Below are positions 34,225 to 44,230 of a DNA stretch of 64,000 bases, in pieces. Positions within the stretch are counted from its first letter, which is position 1, and every line of letters starts with the position of its first letter. The translations under genes were made by a program, and so were the position numbers. The DNA is from an uncultured delta proteobacterium (lineage in GTDB: Bacteria > Desulfobacterota > Binatia > UBA9968): NCBI GenBank assembly GCA_963840855.1, contig CAWJBB010000041.1, positions 160,001-224,000 of the forward strand. The letters run 5' to 3'. Under the pieces are notes generated by a model, which ran no database searches, was not told the origin of the DNA, and saw only the letters and a program-made list of their open reading frames with translations.

Positions 34225-34604
34225 TGGCCAATGAACTAATACTGATCATTGAGGACAACGAGAAAAACCGTAAGCTCATTCGTGATTTACTTCAGGTCAA
34301 GGGCTACCAGACAATTGAGAGCGAGACAGCGGAGGAGGGGCTAAGACTGGCCGAAGAAAGAAAACCGGCCCTCGTTCTGATGGATATCCAACTCTCTGGC
34401 ATGGACGGCATCGCTGCGATGAAACAGCTTAAAGCTACGCCCGCTACTCGAACTATACCGGTGATGGCGATCACGGCATCGGCCATGACCCACACCCGTG
34501 AATCGATGCTGGATGAAGGATTTGACGGCTATCAGACCAAGCCGTTTAACTTGACCGAATTTCTCGCCGATGTGGGCGAGTTGATCAGTCAAAGTCGCTC
34601 ATAG
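34224..34604 (+). CDS. Single-domain response regulator (DivK/CheY-like)
   Basis: IIEDN, VLMDIQL, AITAS, TKPF; start overlaps the kinase stop. Confidence 0.92.
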   Translation: MANELILIIEDNEKNRKLIRDLLQVKGYQTIESETAEEGLRLAEERKPALVLMDIQLSGMDGIAAMKQLKATPATRTIPVMAITASAMTHTRESMLDEGFDGYQTKPFNLTEFLADVGELISQSRS

Positions 34605-34704
34605 TCAATTCACTTTGCACAACTTCGCCAGAACCATTGGCTCGCGTGTGTCTGAATCGGTATTCGATCCGGAGCAGAACCGCGCGAGGATCTTTTAACC
34701 CTGT

Positions 34705-34770
34705 AATTGAACTGAATTCTCCATCGACTCAATCCTGCGAGATTTGTCCGTTGCGTCGATCAATTCAATC
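34705..34770 (+). repeat. 66-bp cassette-boundary site, copy D (complete)
   Basis: AATTGAACTGAATTCTCCATCGACTCAATCCTGCGAGATTTGTCCGTTGCGTCGATCAATTCAATC. Confidence 0.92.
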
Positions 34771-34884
34771 TTGGGTTAAAAATCTGGTTTTTCCACTCGA
34801 CGGATATCTTTCGCCTTCTGTCGTAAATCCCACTTTCCTTTATCTGTATCCGCGTGATAGATAACGCTCGAAACGAGGTGCGCA
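34771..34884 (+). promoter_or_regulatory. Conserved ~110-bp leader of the SBP genes (other copies at 38089-38194, 40430-40541, 49187-49295)
   Basis: Shared blocks AAAAATCTGG.TTT.CCACTC.ACG.AT, TCGCCTTC.G.CGTAAAT and TCCGCGT; function inferred from position only. Confidence 0.6.
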
Positions 34885-35883
34885 ATGAAGAAAGCTGCGG
34901 TGCCATCAATCCTTGTTGCAGTGGTGTTGCTTGCTCTTGGGGTGATAGCCGAGGCGCAGCAGCCGAAGAAAGTCCCTCGGATAGGGTATCTAGCGACAAG
35001 CGATGCGGCTACTGAGTCCGCCCGTGCCGAGGCAATTCGGCTGGCTCTGCGTGAGCTTGGCTACATAGAAGGACAGAACATCGCCTTCGAGTACCGATAT
35101 GCGGAGGGGAAGCGCGATCGGTTCCCCGAGCTTGCAACCGAGCTCGTGCGTCTCAAGGTTGATGTCATCGTGGTAGCAGGAGGCGACCTACTGGTCCGGC
35201 CGGTCATGAACGCGACCAAGACGATTCCCATCGTTATGATAGGCGTTGGGGGCGATCCTGTCGAGGACGGCCTAGTTGAAAGCCTTGCCCGTCCCGGCGG
35301 CAACGTCACCGGTCTTACTCTCCTTTACAGAGAACTAAGCGGGAAGCGACTGGAGCTGCTCAAAGAAGCCGTCCCAAAAGTTGTCCGTGTCGCGGTTGTC
35401 TACGATCCGGGCAATCCGCGCAGTGTACGCGATGTGAAAGAGGTTCTTCCAGTCGCGGCGCATGCGCTGGGATTGACTGTTCGGTCTTGGGAGGTACGAG
35501 ATGCGGACGGTTTTGAAAAGGTATTCGCTGCGATAAACAAGGAGCGCCCGGATGGACTCTATGTGCCCGGTGGGGGCTCGATAATCCTTGCTAACCAAAA
35601 ACGGATCGCGGGCCTTGCGTTAAAGAGCCGGCTACCGTCGGTGTATAACAGCAGAGAATTTGTAGATGCCGGCGGGCTCATGTCCTACGGGCCGGACATC
35701 GCAGACAGCTACCGGCGCGTCGCGTATTACGTGGACAGGATTCTGAAGGGAGCCAAGCCTGCCGATCTGCCGGTGGAGCAGCCGACGAAGTTCGAGCTGG
35801 TGATAAATCTCAAGACGGCGAAGCATATCGGCCTGACGATTCCGCCGGAGGTGCTTGCGCGGGCGACCAAGTTGATCAAGTAA
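34885..35883 (+). CDS. ABC transporter substrate-binding protein (ABC_sub_bind family), paralogue 1
   Basis: Signal peptide ending AEAQQ, GYIEGQN, SLARPGGNVTG, GGLMSYG, KPADLPVEQPTKFELVINLKTA. Confidence 0.93.
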   Translation: MKKAAVPSILVAVVLLALGVIAEAQQPKKVPRIGYLATSDAATESARAEAIRLALRELGYIEGQNIAFEYRYAEGKRDRFPELATELVRLKVDVIVVAGGDLLVRPVMNATKTIPIVMIGVGGDPVEDGLVESLARPGGNVTGLTLLYRELSGKRLELLKEAVPKVVRVAVVYDPGNPRSVRDVKEVLPVAAHALGLTVRSWEVRDADGFEKVFAAINKERPDGLYVPGGGSIILANQKRIAGLALKSRLPSVYNSREFVDAGGLMSYGPDIADSYRRVAYYVDRILKGAKPADLPVEQPTKFELVINLKTAKHIGLTIPPEVLARATKLIK

Positions 35884-36052
35884 ATTGGTGTCTTCCTCTG
35901 GAATCGAAAAGATAAAACGTGCTTACCCGCTGCGCATTCTACAGGTAGACTTATTAGTTCAGCGGGAACAAGTTGATTAACAAGGTGATTCACTTCTCTA
36001 TGATACCGCTATACGTAAAACTGCCCAAACCACCCGAGCAGGAGGAAAAGTC

Positions 36053-36505
36053 ATGGCCGTGAAAGTGCTTGAGCTACATCACCACGGAATCCGGGTAGGC
36101 CCCACACCCGAGCAGCTGAGCAAGGCCCTCACCTTTTACCGCGACGTGCTGGGACTGACTCCAGATCCCGGACGCCCAAAGATTCCGGGCATCCCGGGAT
36201 ACTGGATGGATTTGGGTCACACACAGATTCACCTGATGGGAGTTAGCGGTCCTTCCAAGTACGCAAAGGGAGAACGGCAGGATCCGACGCTGACCCATGT
36301 GGCACTGGCGGTGCCGGACGTCCAGGAGGCCAAGCGCGAGCTGGACCGGCTCGGCGTCAAATACTGGACGTTGGCCGGCGTAGTGGGGCCGCATATCGAA
36401 CAGATCTTCATGGATGACCCGTTCGGCAACATGATCGAGCTGCACCAAATCGGCACCTGTCGTTGCAACAGAGAGAGCGCTGAAGGAACTGAAACCGTTG
36501 ATTGA
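36053..36505 (+). CDS. VOC (glyoxalase/bleomycin resistance) family protein
   Basis: AGGAGG RBS; LHHHGIRV, FYRDVLGL, QIHL, HVALAV, DPFGNMIEL. Confidence 0.9.
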   Translation: MAVKVLELHHHGIRVGPTPEQLSKALTFYRDVLGLTPDPGRPKIPGIPGYWMDLGHTQIHLMGVSGPSKYAKGERQDPTLTHVALAVPDVQEAKRELDRLGVKYWTLAGVVGPHIEQIFMDDPFGNMIELHQIGTCRCNRESAEGTETVD

Positions 36506-36696
36506 CCGGCTAACAAGCGGCTAGCGCAAACTGCGAGAAAAGTACGCCGTTGTCATATCAATCGGCGTGAGGTTCGAGGTCTGCCGGAGCGTGAGACAAA
36601 TCAAGCCTTCGCGTCACCCCATAGACCTTTTCGTTTATGTCCCGCTCCTCGCCATGAGGTATTCTAGGCAGTTTATTGAAGCAGGAGAGAAAAGCC

Positions 36697-38001
36697 ATGG
36701 CTTCAATGCCACGCAAGGTCGACGCCAACGCGCTCCGTGTGGCTATCGTCGGCGGCTCGATGGGCGGGTTAACGACGGCGTTGCTGCTTCGCAACCTCGG
36801 CCGCGATGTCGATGTGTTCGAGCGAGCAACCGGCGAGTTGACCGGGTTCGGAGCGGGGATCGTAGCGCACGAAGTGAGCCTTCGATACTTCGTGGAACGA
36901 ACGACGATTTCGCTCGACAACATGACCGTCCCGGTCCGTACTTACCGGCTTCTCGACGGGGCCGGTTCACTGCTGTGGGAGGAACCCGTCGCCTACCGTT
37001 TCGTCTCGTGGGGCAGCCTGTACCGGGCCCTTCTTCGCGAGTTCGGCCGCGAGCGCTATTTCCAGGGAGCGGCGCTCGTCGGGTTTAGCCAGGACGGACA
37101 TGGAGTTGACCTGCGATTCGCTAGCGGGGAGCAACTCCGGTACGACCTTCTCGTGCTCGCGGATGGCGTCCTCTCGACGGGCCGCCAACTGCTGTTTCCC
37201 GGCGTCGAACCCGTTTACGCTGGTTACGTGGCATGGCGAGGCACGGTCGCTGAACGAGACATCCCGGTTCGCGTGCTCGAACGAATTGACGACACGATCA
37301 CATACGCACTCATCCCGAACAGTCACATTCTTGTCTACCCGATCCCCGGCGCAGATGGCCGTGTAGACCGGGGCGACAGACGCTGGAACTTCGTGTGGTA
37401 TCGTAACGTCGATAAGGGAGCTACTTTCGACGAGCTGATGACCGATCGCGACGGCTCCCCGCATTCGGTCTCGCTGCGTCCAAGTCGTGTTCAGGACCGG
37501 TACGTGCGCGAACTCAAGGAACTCGCCGCCGCTGCGTTGCCGCACGAGATTGCCTCTATTGTCACAGTCACCGAACATCCGTTCATCCAGGCGATTATGG
37601 ACGTCGAGTCGCCCACTATGGCCATCGGTCGGGTCTGCCTCTTGGGGGACGCCGCGTTTGCGGTCCGACCGCACGCGGCGGCCGGCACTGCCAAGGCCGC
37701 CGAGAACGCATGGACCCTCGCTGAAGCGCTTGAGGCATTCGACGGCGATTTGCCCGGCACGCTCCAGATGTGGTCCGAGCATCAAACAGCGCTCGGCTCA
37801 GGCCTCATCGCGCGGACGCGCCACATCGGAGAAGGCTCACAGTTCCGCTGTGACTGGCGGCCGGGCGATCCGGGCCTAAGGTTCGGCCTCTACGAGCCTG
37901 GTGATTCGTCCATTTGGACTCGCGCGCCGCGCGCCGTCGTCCTTAGGACACCAAGTGCGCAATCTGGAGTGCGGGGTGGAAAAACTGATGGCTCGGATTA
38001 A
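36697..38001 (+). CDS. FAD-dependent monooxygenase, 2,6-dihydroxypyridine 3-monooxygenase-like
   Basis: VGGSMGGL, ADG, YAGYVAWRG, NFVWY, LLGDAA, RPHAAAGTAKA. Confidence 0.85.
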   Translation: MASMPRKVDANALRVAIVGGSMGGLTTALLLRNLGRDVDVFERATGELTGFGAGIVAHEVSLRYFVERTTISLDNMTVPVRTYRLLDGAGSLLWEEPVAYRFVSWGSLYRALLREFGRERYFQGAALVGFSQDGHGVDLRFASGEQLRYDLLVLADGVLSTGRQLLFPGVEPVYAGYVAWRGTVAERDIPVRVLERIDDTITYALIPNSHILVYPIPGADGRVDRGDRRWNFVWYRNVDKGATFDELMTDRDGSPHSVSLRPSRVQDRYVRELKELAAAALPHEIASIVTVTEHPFIQAIMDVESPTMAIGRVCLLGDAAFAVRPHAAAGTAKAAENAWTLAEALEAFDGDLPGTLQMWSEHQTALGSGLIARTRHIGEGSQFRCDWRPGDPGLRFGLYEPGDSSIWTRAPRAVVLRTPSAQSGVRGGKTDGSD

Positions 38002-38070
38002 CTCTGCTGGAACGCAAGTAAACAATCAGAGACCCATGTAGTATGCACTTAAATGCCGCATCTAACTGAC

Positions 38071-38088
38071 GCGTCGTTCAGTTGAATC
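38071..38088 (+). repeat. 66-bp site, copy E (right end only)
   Basis: GCGTCGTTCAGTTGAATC followed by the conserved SBP leader. Confidence 0.75.
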
Positions 38089-38194
38089 TCAGGCTAAAAA
38101 TCTGGGTTTCCCACTCAACGAATACTTTTCGCCTTCTGTCGTAAATGGCACTTTTCTCTGCTACCTTCCGCGTAATACGCAAATGGTGTCTGCA

Positions 38195-39190
38195 ATGAAA
38201 AAAGCTGGTGTTTTGTCAATCCTGTTCGTAGTGATTCTACTTGCTGTTGGAGTCATAGCCGAGGCGCAGCAGCCGAAGAAGGTTCCGCGGATTGGATATT
38301 TATCAAATACCGGTCCCGCTGGTGAATCCAATCGTTCCGAGGCAATTCGATCGGCTCTACGCGAGCGTGGCTATATAGAAGGACAGAACATCGTCACCGA
38401 GTACCGATATTCGGAGGGGAAGGTCGATCGGTACCCAGAGTTATTGGCCGAGCTGGTCCGTCTCAGCGTTGATATCATCGTGGTCGCAGGAGGGGCACCG
38501 TCGATCCGGGCGGCCATGAATGCGACAAAGACTATTCCCATCGTGATGATGGGCTCTGGGATCGATCCTGTGGAGGGAGGCCTGGTGAAAAACCTCGCCC
38601 GTCCCGGCGGCAACGTCACCGGCCTTACTCTCCTTTCCAGAGAGCTAGGCGGTAAGCGGCTGGAGCTGCTCAAAGAAGCTGTTCCCAAACTTTCTCGCGT
38701 CGCGGTTCTCTACGATCCGGCCAATCCGGGCAGCGTAATCGAGGTGAAGGAGGCTCTTCCGGTCGCGGCCCGTGCGCTGCGGTTGACTATTCAGCCGTGG
38801 GAGGTGCGAGCTGCGAAGGATTTCGAGGAGGTGTTCGCCGCGCTAAATAAGCAGCGTCCGGATGGACTCTACGTGCTTGCGGGCGGCCTAATGACTGCTA
38901 ACCAGAAACGGATCGTCGGCTTCGCGTTAAAGAACCGGTTGCCGTCGGTGTGCACCAACAGAGAAGCTGTAGATGCCGGCGGGCTCATGTATTACGGGGC
39001 GGACCTCGTGGACAGCTACCGGCGCGTCGCATATTACGTGGATAGAATCCTGAAGGGAGCCAAGCCCGCCGATCTGCCCGTCGAGCAGCCGACGAAGTTC
39101 GAGCTGGTGATCAATCTCAAAACCGCCAAGCAGATCGGTCTGACAATTCCGCCGGAGTTGCTAACCAGGGCGAACAAGTTGATCAAGTGA
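38195..39190 (+). CDS. ABC transporter substrate-binding protein (ABC_sub_bind family), paralogue 2
   Basis: Same motifs as paralogue 1; start MKKAG chosen by alignment. Confidence 0.93.
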   Translation: MKKAGVLSILFVVILLAVGVIAEAQQPKKVPRIGYLSNTGPAGESNRSEAIRSALRERGYIEGQNIVTEYRYSEGKVDRYPELLAELVRLSVDIIVVAGGAPSIRAAMNATKTIPIVMMGSGIDPVEGGLVKNLARPGGNVTGLTLLSRELGGKRLELLKEAVPKLSRVAVLYDPANPGSVIEVKEALPVAARALRLTIQPWEVRAAKDFEEVFAALNKQRPDGLYVLAGGLMTANQKRIVGFALKNRLPSVCTNREAVDAGGLMYYGADLVDSYRRVAYYVDRILKGAKPADLPVEQPTKFELVINLKTAKQIGLTIPPELLTRANKLIK

Positions 39191-39207
39191 CCACGCGGCG
39201 ATGCCAA

Positions 39208-39275
39208 GATTGAACTGATTTCTCCGACGAACCAATCCTGGGCAACGTTCGATGCAAGGATCGTTGAATTGCAAC
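39208..39275 (+). repeat. 66-bp site, copy F (left half conserved, right half degenerate)
   Basis: GCGATGCCAA GATTGAACTGATTTCTCCGACGAACCAATCCTG ... TCGTTGAATTGCAAC; core starts 17 bp after the SBP stop. Confidence 0.85.
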
Positions 39276-39321
39276 TTGTATCGAAATACTCTCTTGGCGA
39301 GTACAAGATAGGAGTTTAGTG

Positions 39322-40313
39322 ATGGCGGAAACACGAGCAGCACTCAAAGCGGTAGACCGTCTGGAAATCACAACTCTGGTGGACAACACGATCGACGTGT
39401 TTCTACCCAGCACAAATGAGATTCGTCGACCCCAAGTACCAACAGAGCTACCGTGGGGAGAACGTACGTCGCTTATTTCTGAGCACGGCTACTCTGCTTT
39501 GGTCAGAGTCCACGCGGGTGACCGCTCGGCTAGCCTTCTATTCGACGCGGGTATCAGCACCACTGCGCTCATTCACAACATGGATGTGCTCGAAATAAAG
39601 CCACAAGAGTTACACAGCATTGTTCTGAGTCACGGCCATGTCGATCATACGCAAGGCTTGGTCGGGATGATCAAGCGGCTAGGGAAAATGCGTATGCCCA
39701 TCCTGTTGCACCCCGACGCTTTTTTGAATCGCAAGGTGATCCTGCCTGACAAGCATGAGCTTCACTCGCCCGCACCAAACCGTCACTTGTTAGAACAGGA
39801 AAATGTCGAGTTCGTCGAAGAGCGGCTGTTCCTATTTGCTCGAAGGGATGGTGCTGGTGACGGGGCAGATCCATCGCACAACCGAGTTTGAAAAAGGGTT
39901 TCCCCATTCACTACTCCGAGATCAATGGCGCATGGCAGTCCGATCCGTTAATTCACGATGACCAGGCTTTAGTGGTGAACGTGCGGGACAAAGGACTCGT
40001 CGTGATGACCGGCTGCGGCCACGCGGGTGCAATCAATTCCATTCGTTATGCCCAGAAACTTACCGGCGTCGACAAAGTCTACGCGTTACTGGGCGGGCTG
40101 CACCTGACCGGCGCTGTTTTTGAGCCGATCATTGCTCCAACCGTGAAGGAATTGAAGGCAATTGCTCCACGACTTCTGATGCCCGGACACTGTACGGGCT
40201 GGAAAGCGATTCACGCATTTGCGCGAGAGTTTCCAGAAGCCTTTGTCCAAGGCAGTGTGGGTACTCGCCTGGTCGTTGAGTGCGGCTCACAAACAGCGGG
40301 AGGATTGAGTTAA
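39322..40313 (+). CDS. MBL-fold metallo-hydrolase (DHPS-like MBL family); frameshift near 39826
   Basis: ITTLVDN, EHGYS, LFDAG, LSHGHVDH in the first ORF; DDQAL, TGCGHAG, GGLHL, PGHCTG in the second. Confidence 0.85.
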
Positions 40314-40363
40314 GGTGTCACGGCATTCGCGCGGCAGCTCACTATTTGCGTTAGCCTCCTTCA

Positions 40364-40429
40364 GATCGAACTGTTTTCTCCTACAAACAAATCCTGTGAG
40401 ATTTGCCTGTAGCGTCGTTCAATTCAATC
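40364..40429 (+). repeat. 66-bp cassette-boundary site, copy G (complete)
   Basis: GATCGAACTGTTTTCTCCTACAAACAAATCCTGTGAGATTTGCCTGTAGCGTCGTTCAATTCAATC. Confidence 0.9.
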
Positions 40430-40541
40430 TCAAGGTGGCCCTGGACTTCTTAATTGACGAATCCGTGTCGCCTTCCGCCGTAAATCACCTTTTCTTTATT
40501 ACCGTCCGCGTGCTTAGTAACGTCCCAGGACTGGGTGGGCA

Positions 40542-41536
40542 ATGAAAAAGCTGGTGTCTCGTCAATCCTGTTCGTAGTGATCCTACTTGCTGTTGGAATT
40601 ACAGCCGAGGCGCAGCAGCCGAAGCAGGTTCGTCGAATAGGGTATCTAACTGGCTCTTCCCCTTCTGCTGAGTCGGCACGCATCGAGGCATTCCGACAGG
40701 GTCTGCGCGAGCTTGGATACGTCGAGGGGAAAAACATTGTCATCGAGTTGCGGGGCGCGGAGGGAAAGCTCAATCGTCTCCCCGCGCTCGTGGCTGAATT
40801 GGTGCGTCTCAAGGTCGACGTAATCGTTACGGGAGGTCCAGCGGTAACCCGTGCTGTTAAGGAAGCAACTGCTACAATTCCCATTGTGATGACACAGGAT
40901 CCCGATCCTGTTGGAAGCGCGTTCGTCGCCAGCCTCGCACGACCCGGCGGCAATATTACCGGGTTGTCAACCCTTTCCCCAGAGATAACCGGAAAACGAC
41001 TGGAGCTTCTGAAGGAGATCGTTCCTAAGCTCTCCCGTGTGGCTGTCCTCGGGACTTCGACCAGACCGGGCACCGCACGGGAGTTAAAAGAAGTGGAACT
41101 CGCCGCAGGGGCGTTCGGAGTGGAGCTTCAATACCTAGACGTTCTTGATCCCAAGGATATTGAGACCGCATTCCGAGCGGCGAGCAAGGGGCGGGTTGAC
41201 GCAGTCCTTATGTTGGTGTCGGGCGGCGTCGTCGATGCTCATCGAACAACGATTGTCGAACTCGCGGTAAAGACCCGGCTCCCTGTGATATACGGCACGG
41301 GCGGGCGAGCATTTGTAGAAGCCGGTGGGCTGATGTTCTACGGCGTGAACGTCAACGACTTGGACCGGCGCGCGGCCACTTACGTAGACAAGATACTCAA
41401 AGGGACAAAGCCCGGCGACATTCCCGTCGAGCAGCCGAAAAAGTTCGAGTTCATCATCAATCTGAAGGCCGCCAAGCAGATCGGCCTGATGATTCCGCCG
41501 AACGTGCTGGCGCGGGCGGACAGGGTGATTCGATGA
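40542..41536 (+). CDS. ABC transporter substrate-binding protein (ABC_sub_bind family), paralogue 3; one A missing from the homopolymer after ATG
   Basis: ATGAAAAAGCTGG versus ATGAAAAAAGCTGG in paralogue 2; rest of ORF intact. Confidence 0.9.
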
Positions 41537-41563
41537 TGAAAGAAGACCTACCGAGAGCGCCAG

Positions 41564-41604
41564 GATTGAACTGAATTCTCCGTTCAACCAATCCTGTGAG
41601 ATTT
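41564..41604 (+). repeat. 66-bp site, copy H (left two-thirds)
   Basis: GCCAG GATTGAACTGAATTCTCCGTTCAACCAATCCTGTGAGATTT; 27 bp after the SBP stop. Confidence 0.88.
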
Positions 41605-41723
41605 AAGCGTACGCCGCCGCTTGCGGCCCAGGCCGAACCTATGATGCTCATGGGCGTAAAACACGTGCAGGTGAGGCGCGACCTTAAAAATCTACGGCCG
41701 CTTGCAACTGAAAGGAGTTATCG

Positions 41724-43130
41724 ATGCTTAGAGTTGAGCAGAATGATCGGTTAACACAGGTGGGGCCGGGAACGCCGCTGGGAGAGCTCATGCGGCGGTA
41801 CTGGCAGCCAATCGCCGTGGCTTCGGAACTAAAGGAGAATCCTACCAAGTCCATTAAGCTCCTGGGAGAATGTTTAGTGCTGTACAAAGACCGGCAAGGC
41901 CGGTTGGGCCTGATCGATGAGGCCTGCGCGCATCGGCGCGTCAACCTGGTTTACGGCATTCCGGAGAATGAGGGCCTGCGTTGCCCTTATCATGGTTGGC
42001 TGTTTGACCAGCAGGGACGGTGTCTGGAAATGCCCGCGGAGGCCCCGGAAAGCACGTTCAAAAACCGGATCAAGATGAAGGCATATCCCGTTCAGGAGCT
42101 GGGAGGATTGATCTTTGCGTACCTGGGGCCGGAGCCCATACCGTTGGTACCGCGCTGGTATCCATTCGTGCGCGATGACGTGATCCGTGATGTCGGGTGG
42201 GCTGTGGTGCCGTGCAATTGGTTGCAGATCATGGAAAATTCTCTCGACCCGGTGCACGGAGAATACCTGCATCGCTATTTCACCAACTACGTATTGGAGC
42301 GGTTGGGTTATATCGAGGATAAAGGCGATCTCCGCGGCCCGGGCGGCGCGCCCGGGAGAGCGCACGGGAAAACGCCGGCAGACTACTGGCGCACGAGCGC
42401 CAAGGTGGTGCACCATAACAAGGTCGGCTTCAACGTTTTCGAGCACGGCATTACCAAACACCGGCTGCTGCAGGGAGAATCCGAGGAGACTTCCCCCTCT
42501 TGGCGCATCGGCCATCCGATCCTGTTTCCCAACTTTGAGCACGGCGCCGGCGGCGGCGGGTTCCAAATCCGCGTCCCGATGAACGATACCAACACTTACT
42601 ATCTCTGGTACAACTGCCACCCCGCATCTAGGGAAGAGGCTGCGGCGCAGAGGCCTGAGGACATTCCGGTCTATCGGGTGCCTCTGCCGGGCGTCGACGA
42701 GCGCGGGATACCCGTATGGGAGCGGTTCGACAACAACAGCGGCCAGGACAACATGGCGTGGGTTTCTCAGGGCGAGCGCATGCAGCGCAACCTAGAGAAT
42801 CTCGGCGAATCGGACGCCGGCATTATCCTGTATCGGCGGCTGCTCAACGAGCAGATCCAGATCGTCGAGGATGGCGGCGAGCCGATGAATGTCTTCCGCG
42901 ACCCGGCCAAAAATCAATGCGTGACGTTCCCATACGAAGGGGCTGAGGGAGCCGGTGATGAAACCGGTGATGTGGTTTACGGCTATGCCCGCCGCACCGA
43001 GAGACTTTCCAGCGGCACTTCCGGTAAGTATAGCCCGATCAATCTGAAGCGGGCAGAGGAGGCGGGCTCGCCGCTGCCGAAGCCGGTGCCGCCGATTAGC
43101 GGGGGCATTACTGTAACCTCGCCCAAATAG
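41724..43130 (+). CDS. Rieske non-heme iron oxygenase alpha subunit (phthalate 4,5-dioxygenase / LigX-like)
   Basis: VGPGTPLGELMRRYWQP, CAHR...CPYHGW Rieske motif, ENSLDPVHGEYLH, QD, LGESDAGI. Confidence 0.9.
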   Translation: MLRVEQNDRLTQVGPGTPLGELMRRYWQPIAVASELKENPTKSIKLLGECLVLYKDRQGRLGLIDEACAHRRVNLVYGIPENEGLRCPYHGWLFDQQGRCLEMPAEAPESTFKNRIKMKAYPVQELGGLIFAYLGPEPIPLVPRWYPFVRDDVIRDVGWAVVPCNWLQIMENSLDPVHGEYLHRYFTNYVLERLGYIEDKGDLRGPGGAPGRAHGKTPADYWRTSAKVVHHNKVGFNVFEHGITKHRLLQGESEETSPSWRIGHPILFPNFEHGAGGGGFQIRVPMNDTNTYYLWYNCHPASREEAAAQRPEDIPVYRVPLPGVDERGIPVWERFDNNSGQDNMAWVSQGERMQRNLENLGESDAGIILYRRLLNEQIQIVEDGGEPMNVFRDPAKNQCVTFPYEGAEGAGDETGDVVYGYARRTERLSSGTSGKYSPINLKRAEEAGSPLPKPVPPISGGITVTSPK

Positions 43131-43222
43131 CCGCGCGTACAATCGGCTGTCGTTCGCCAACCCGCTTTAAAAAAGTCGGGTTGCCAACTGCATCGAATCC
43201 GCGCTCGCCACAGGAGACCGCC

Positions 43223-43370
43223 ATGGAAGAAACTGCTGCTGTTCCCGAAGCGCAAAGTTTCCAGCTCAAGACCCCTTGCTGCCAGAAGGGCGGACCAACA
43301 AAGTCCTCGCCCAGACGGATTCGCTCAAGCTCCGCATCAAGGTGTACGCCGAAGGTGGCGAAAATGGCTC
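43223..43370 (+). pseudogene. Truncated, frameshifted cupin-domain gene fragment
   Basis: AGGAG RBS, MEETAAVPEAQSFQLKTP then LPEGRTNKVLAQTDSLKLRIKVYAEGGENG; breaks off where the metal-binding HxH would be expected. Confidence 0.5.
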
Positions 43371-43562
43371 GCGTGCCCCTGAACTGATCGAACTGTTCAA
43401 GGCTTTTTCCGGCGGCGCGCCGCTGCCGCCGCAGTTAGAAATCAAAGCCACGCGCTCCGAAGAAAAACCCGCGCACAGAAATGGCCGGGCCCCACAAGGC
43501 GGCGCCCGCCATTCCCGACGGAAGATCTCAGTTGCTCTCGTAGCTAATCGGCCGTATCGAAA

Positions 43563-44201
43563 CTAGGACTTCTTCTTGGGCAGCATCTCGGCGGGTATTT
43601 GGCGCGGGCCGATACTCTCGTGGTATTTATTGGTCTCCAGATCATACCTGCCGTGAAGGTTGGACGGTATGCCGTCCTTGGCGCTGCGGATGATCACGGC
43701 AGCCGTTCGCTCGCCGACATTCACCTCGATGTGGATGTCGCCCGGCTTCGCCAGATGGATATCCCCGGCTGCGGCCACGTAATCGGCGGTCTTTCTCACT
43801 TCGGCGTACTCGGGTCTGGTTCCATCATCAACGCGTTCGTACTGCACAATCCGCTCGTGCCCGTCCAGCAGCCCATAGGCGGTATAGATGCGCCCATGAT
43901 CGTGCGCGTGCTTTGGCTCGGTCTGGCGCCGGCCGCCCTCATGGATCTGGCCGTTCACGACAAACCCATAGTCGGGATCTTCGTAGAAGAGCAGGTTACC
44001 GCCGCGGCGCTCGCCCGAGCTCGGAATCGAACTGGGAACCGGCCACTGTCGCGAGGCCTCCCGCACCTCCGGATCCGCCAGCAGCTCCGCCAGGATCGGC
44101 CGCAACGCGACCCAGCGTTTATCCACGTCGGGCTCGCGCGCGAATAGCTCCCGCGTCTTGCTGACGAATCGTTCCAAAGCATCCTGGCCTCTGGTTTCCA
44201 T
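43563..44201 (-). CDS. Cysteine-dioxygenase-like cupin protein
   Basis: LFYEDPDYGFV, HDHG..YTAYG, YERVDDG, GDIH. Confidence 0.75.
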   Translation of the reverse strand: METRGQDALERFVSKTRELFAREPDVDKRWVALRPILAELLADPEVREASRQWPVPSSIPSSGERRGGNLLFYEDPDYGFVVNGQIHEGGRRQTEPKHAHDHGRIYTAYGLLDGHERIVQYERVDDGTRPEYAEVRKTADYVAAAGDIHLAKPGDIHIEVNVGERTAAVIIRSAKDGIPSNLHGRYDLETNKYHESIGPRQIPAEMLPKKKS

Positions 44202-44230
44202 GACTGAATCTCCTCCCTGTTGAAGTGGAT

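Noticed and set aside
41135-41587. Recurrent antisense ORFs over SBP 3' ends (also 35632-35993, 39034-39306, 40450-41073, 50084-50560)
   Set aside because: They are shadows of the conserved sense-strand SBP coding sequence; their similarity to one another follows from the paralogy
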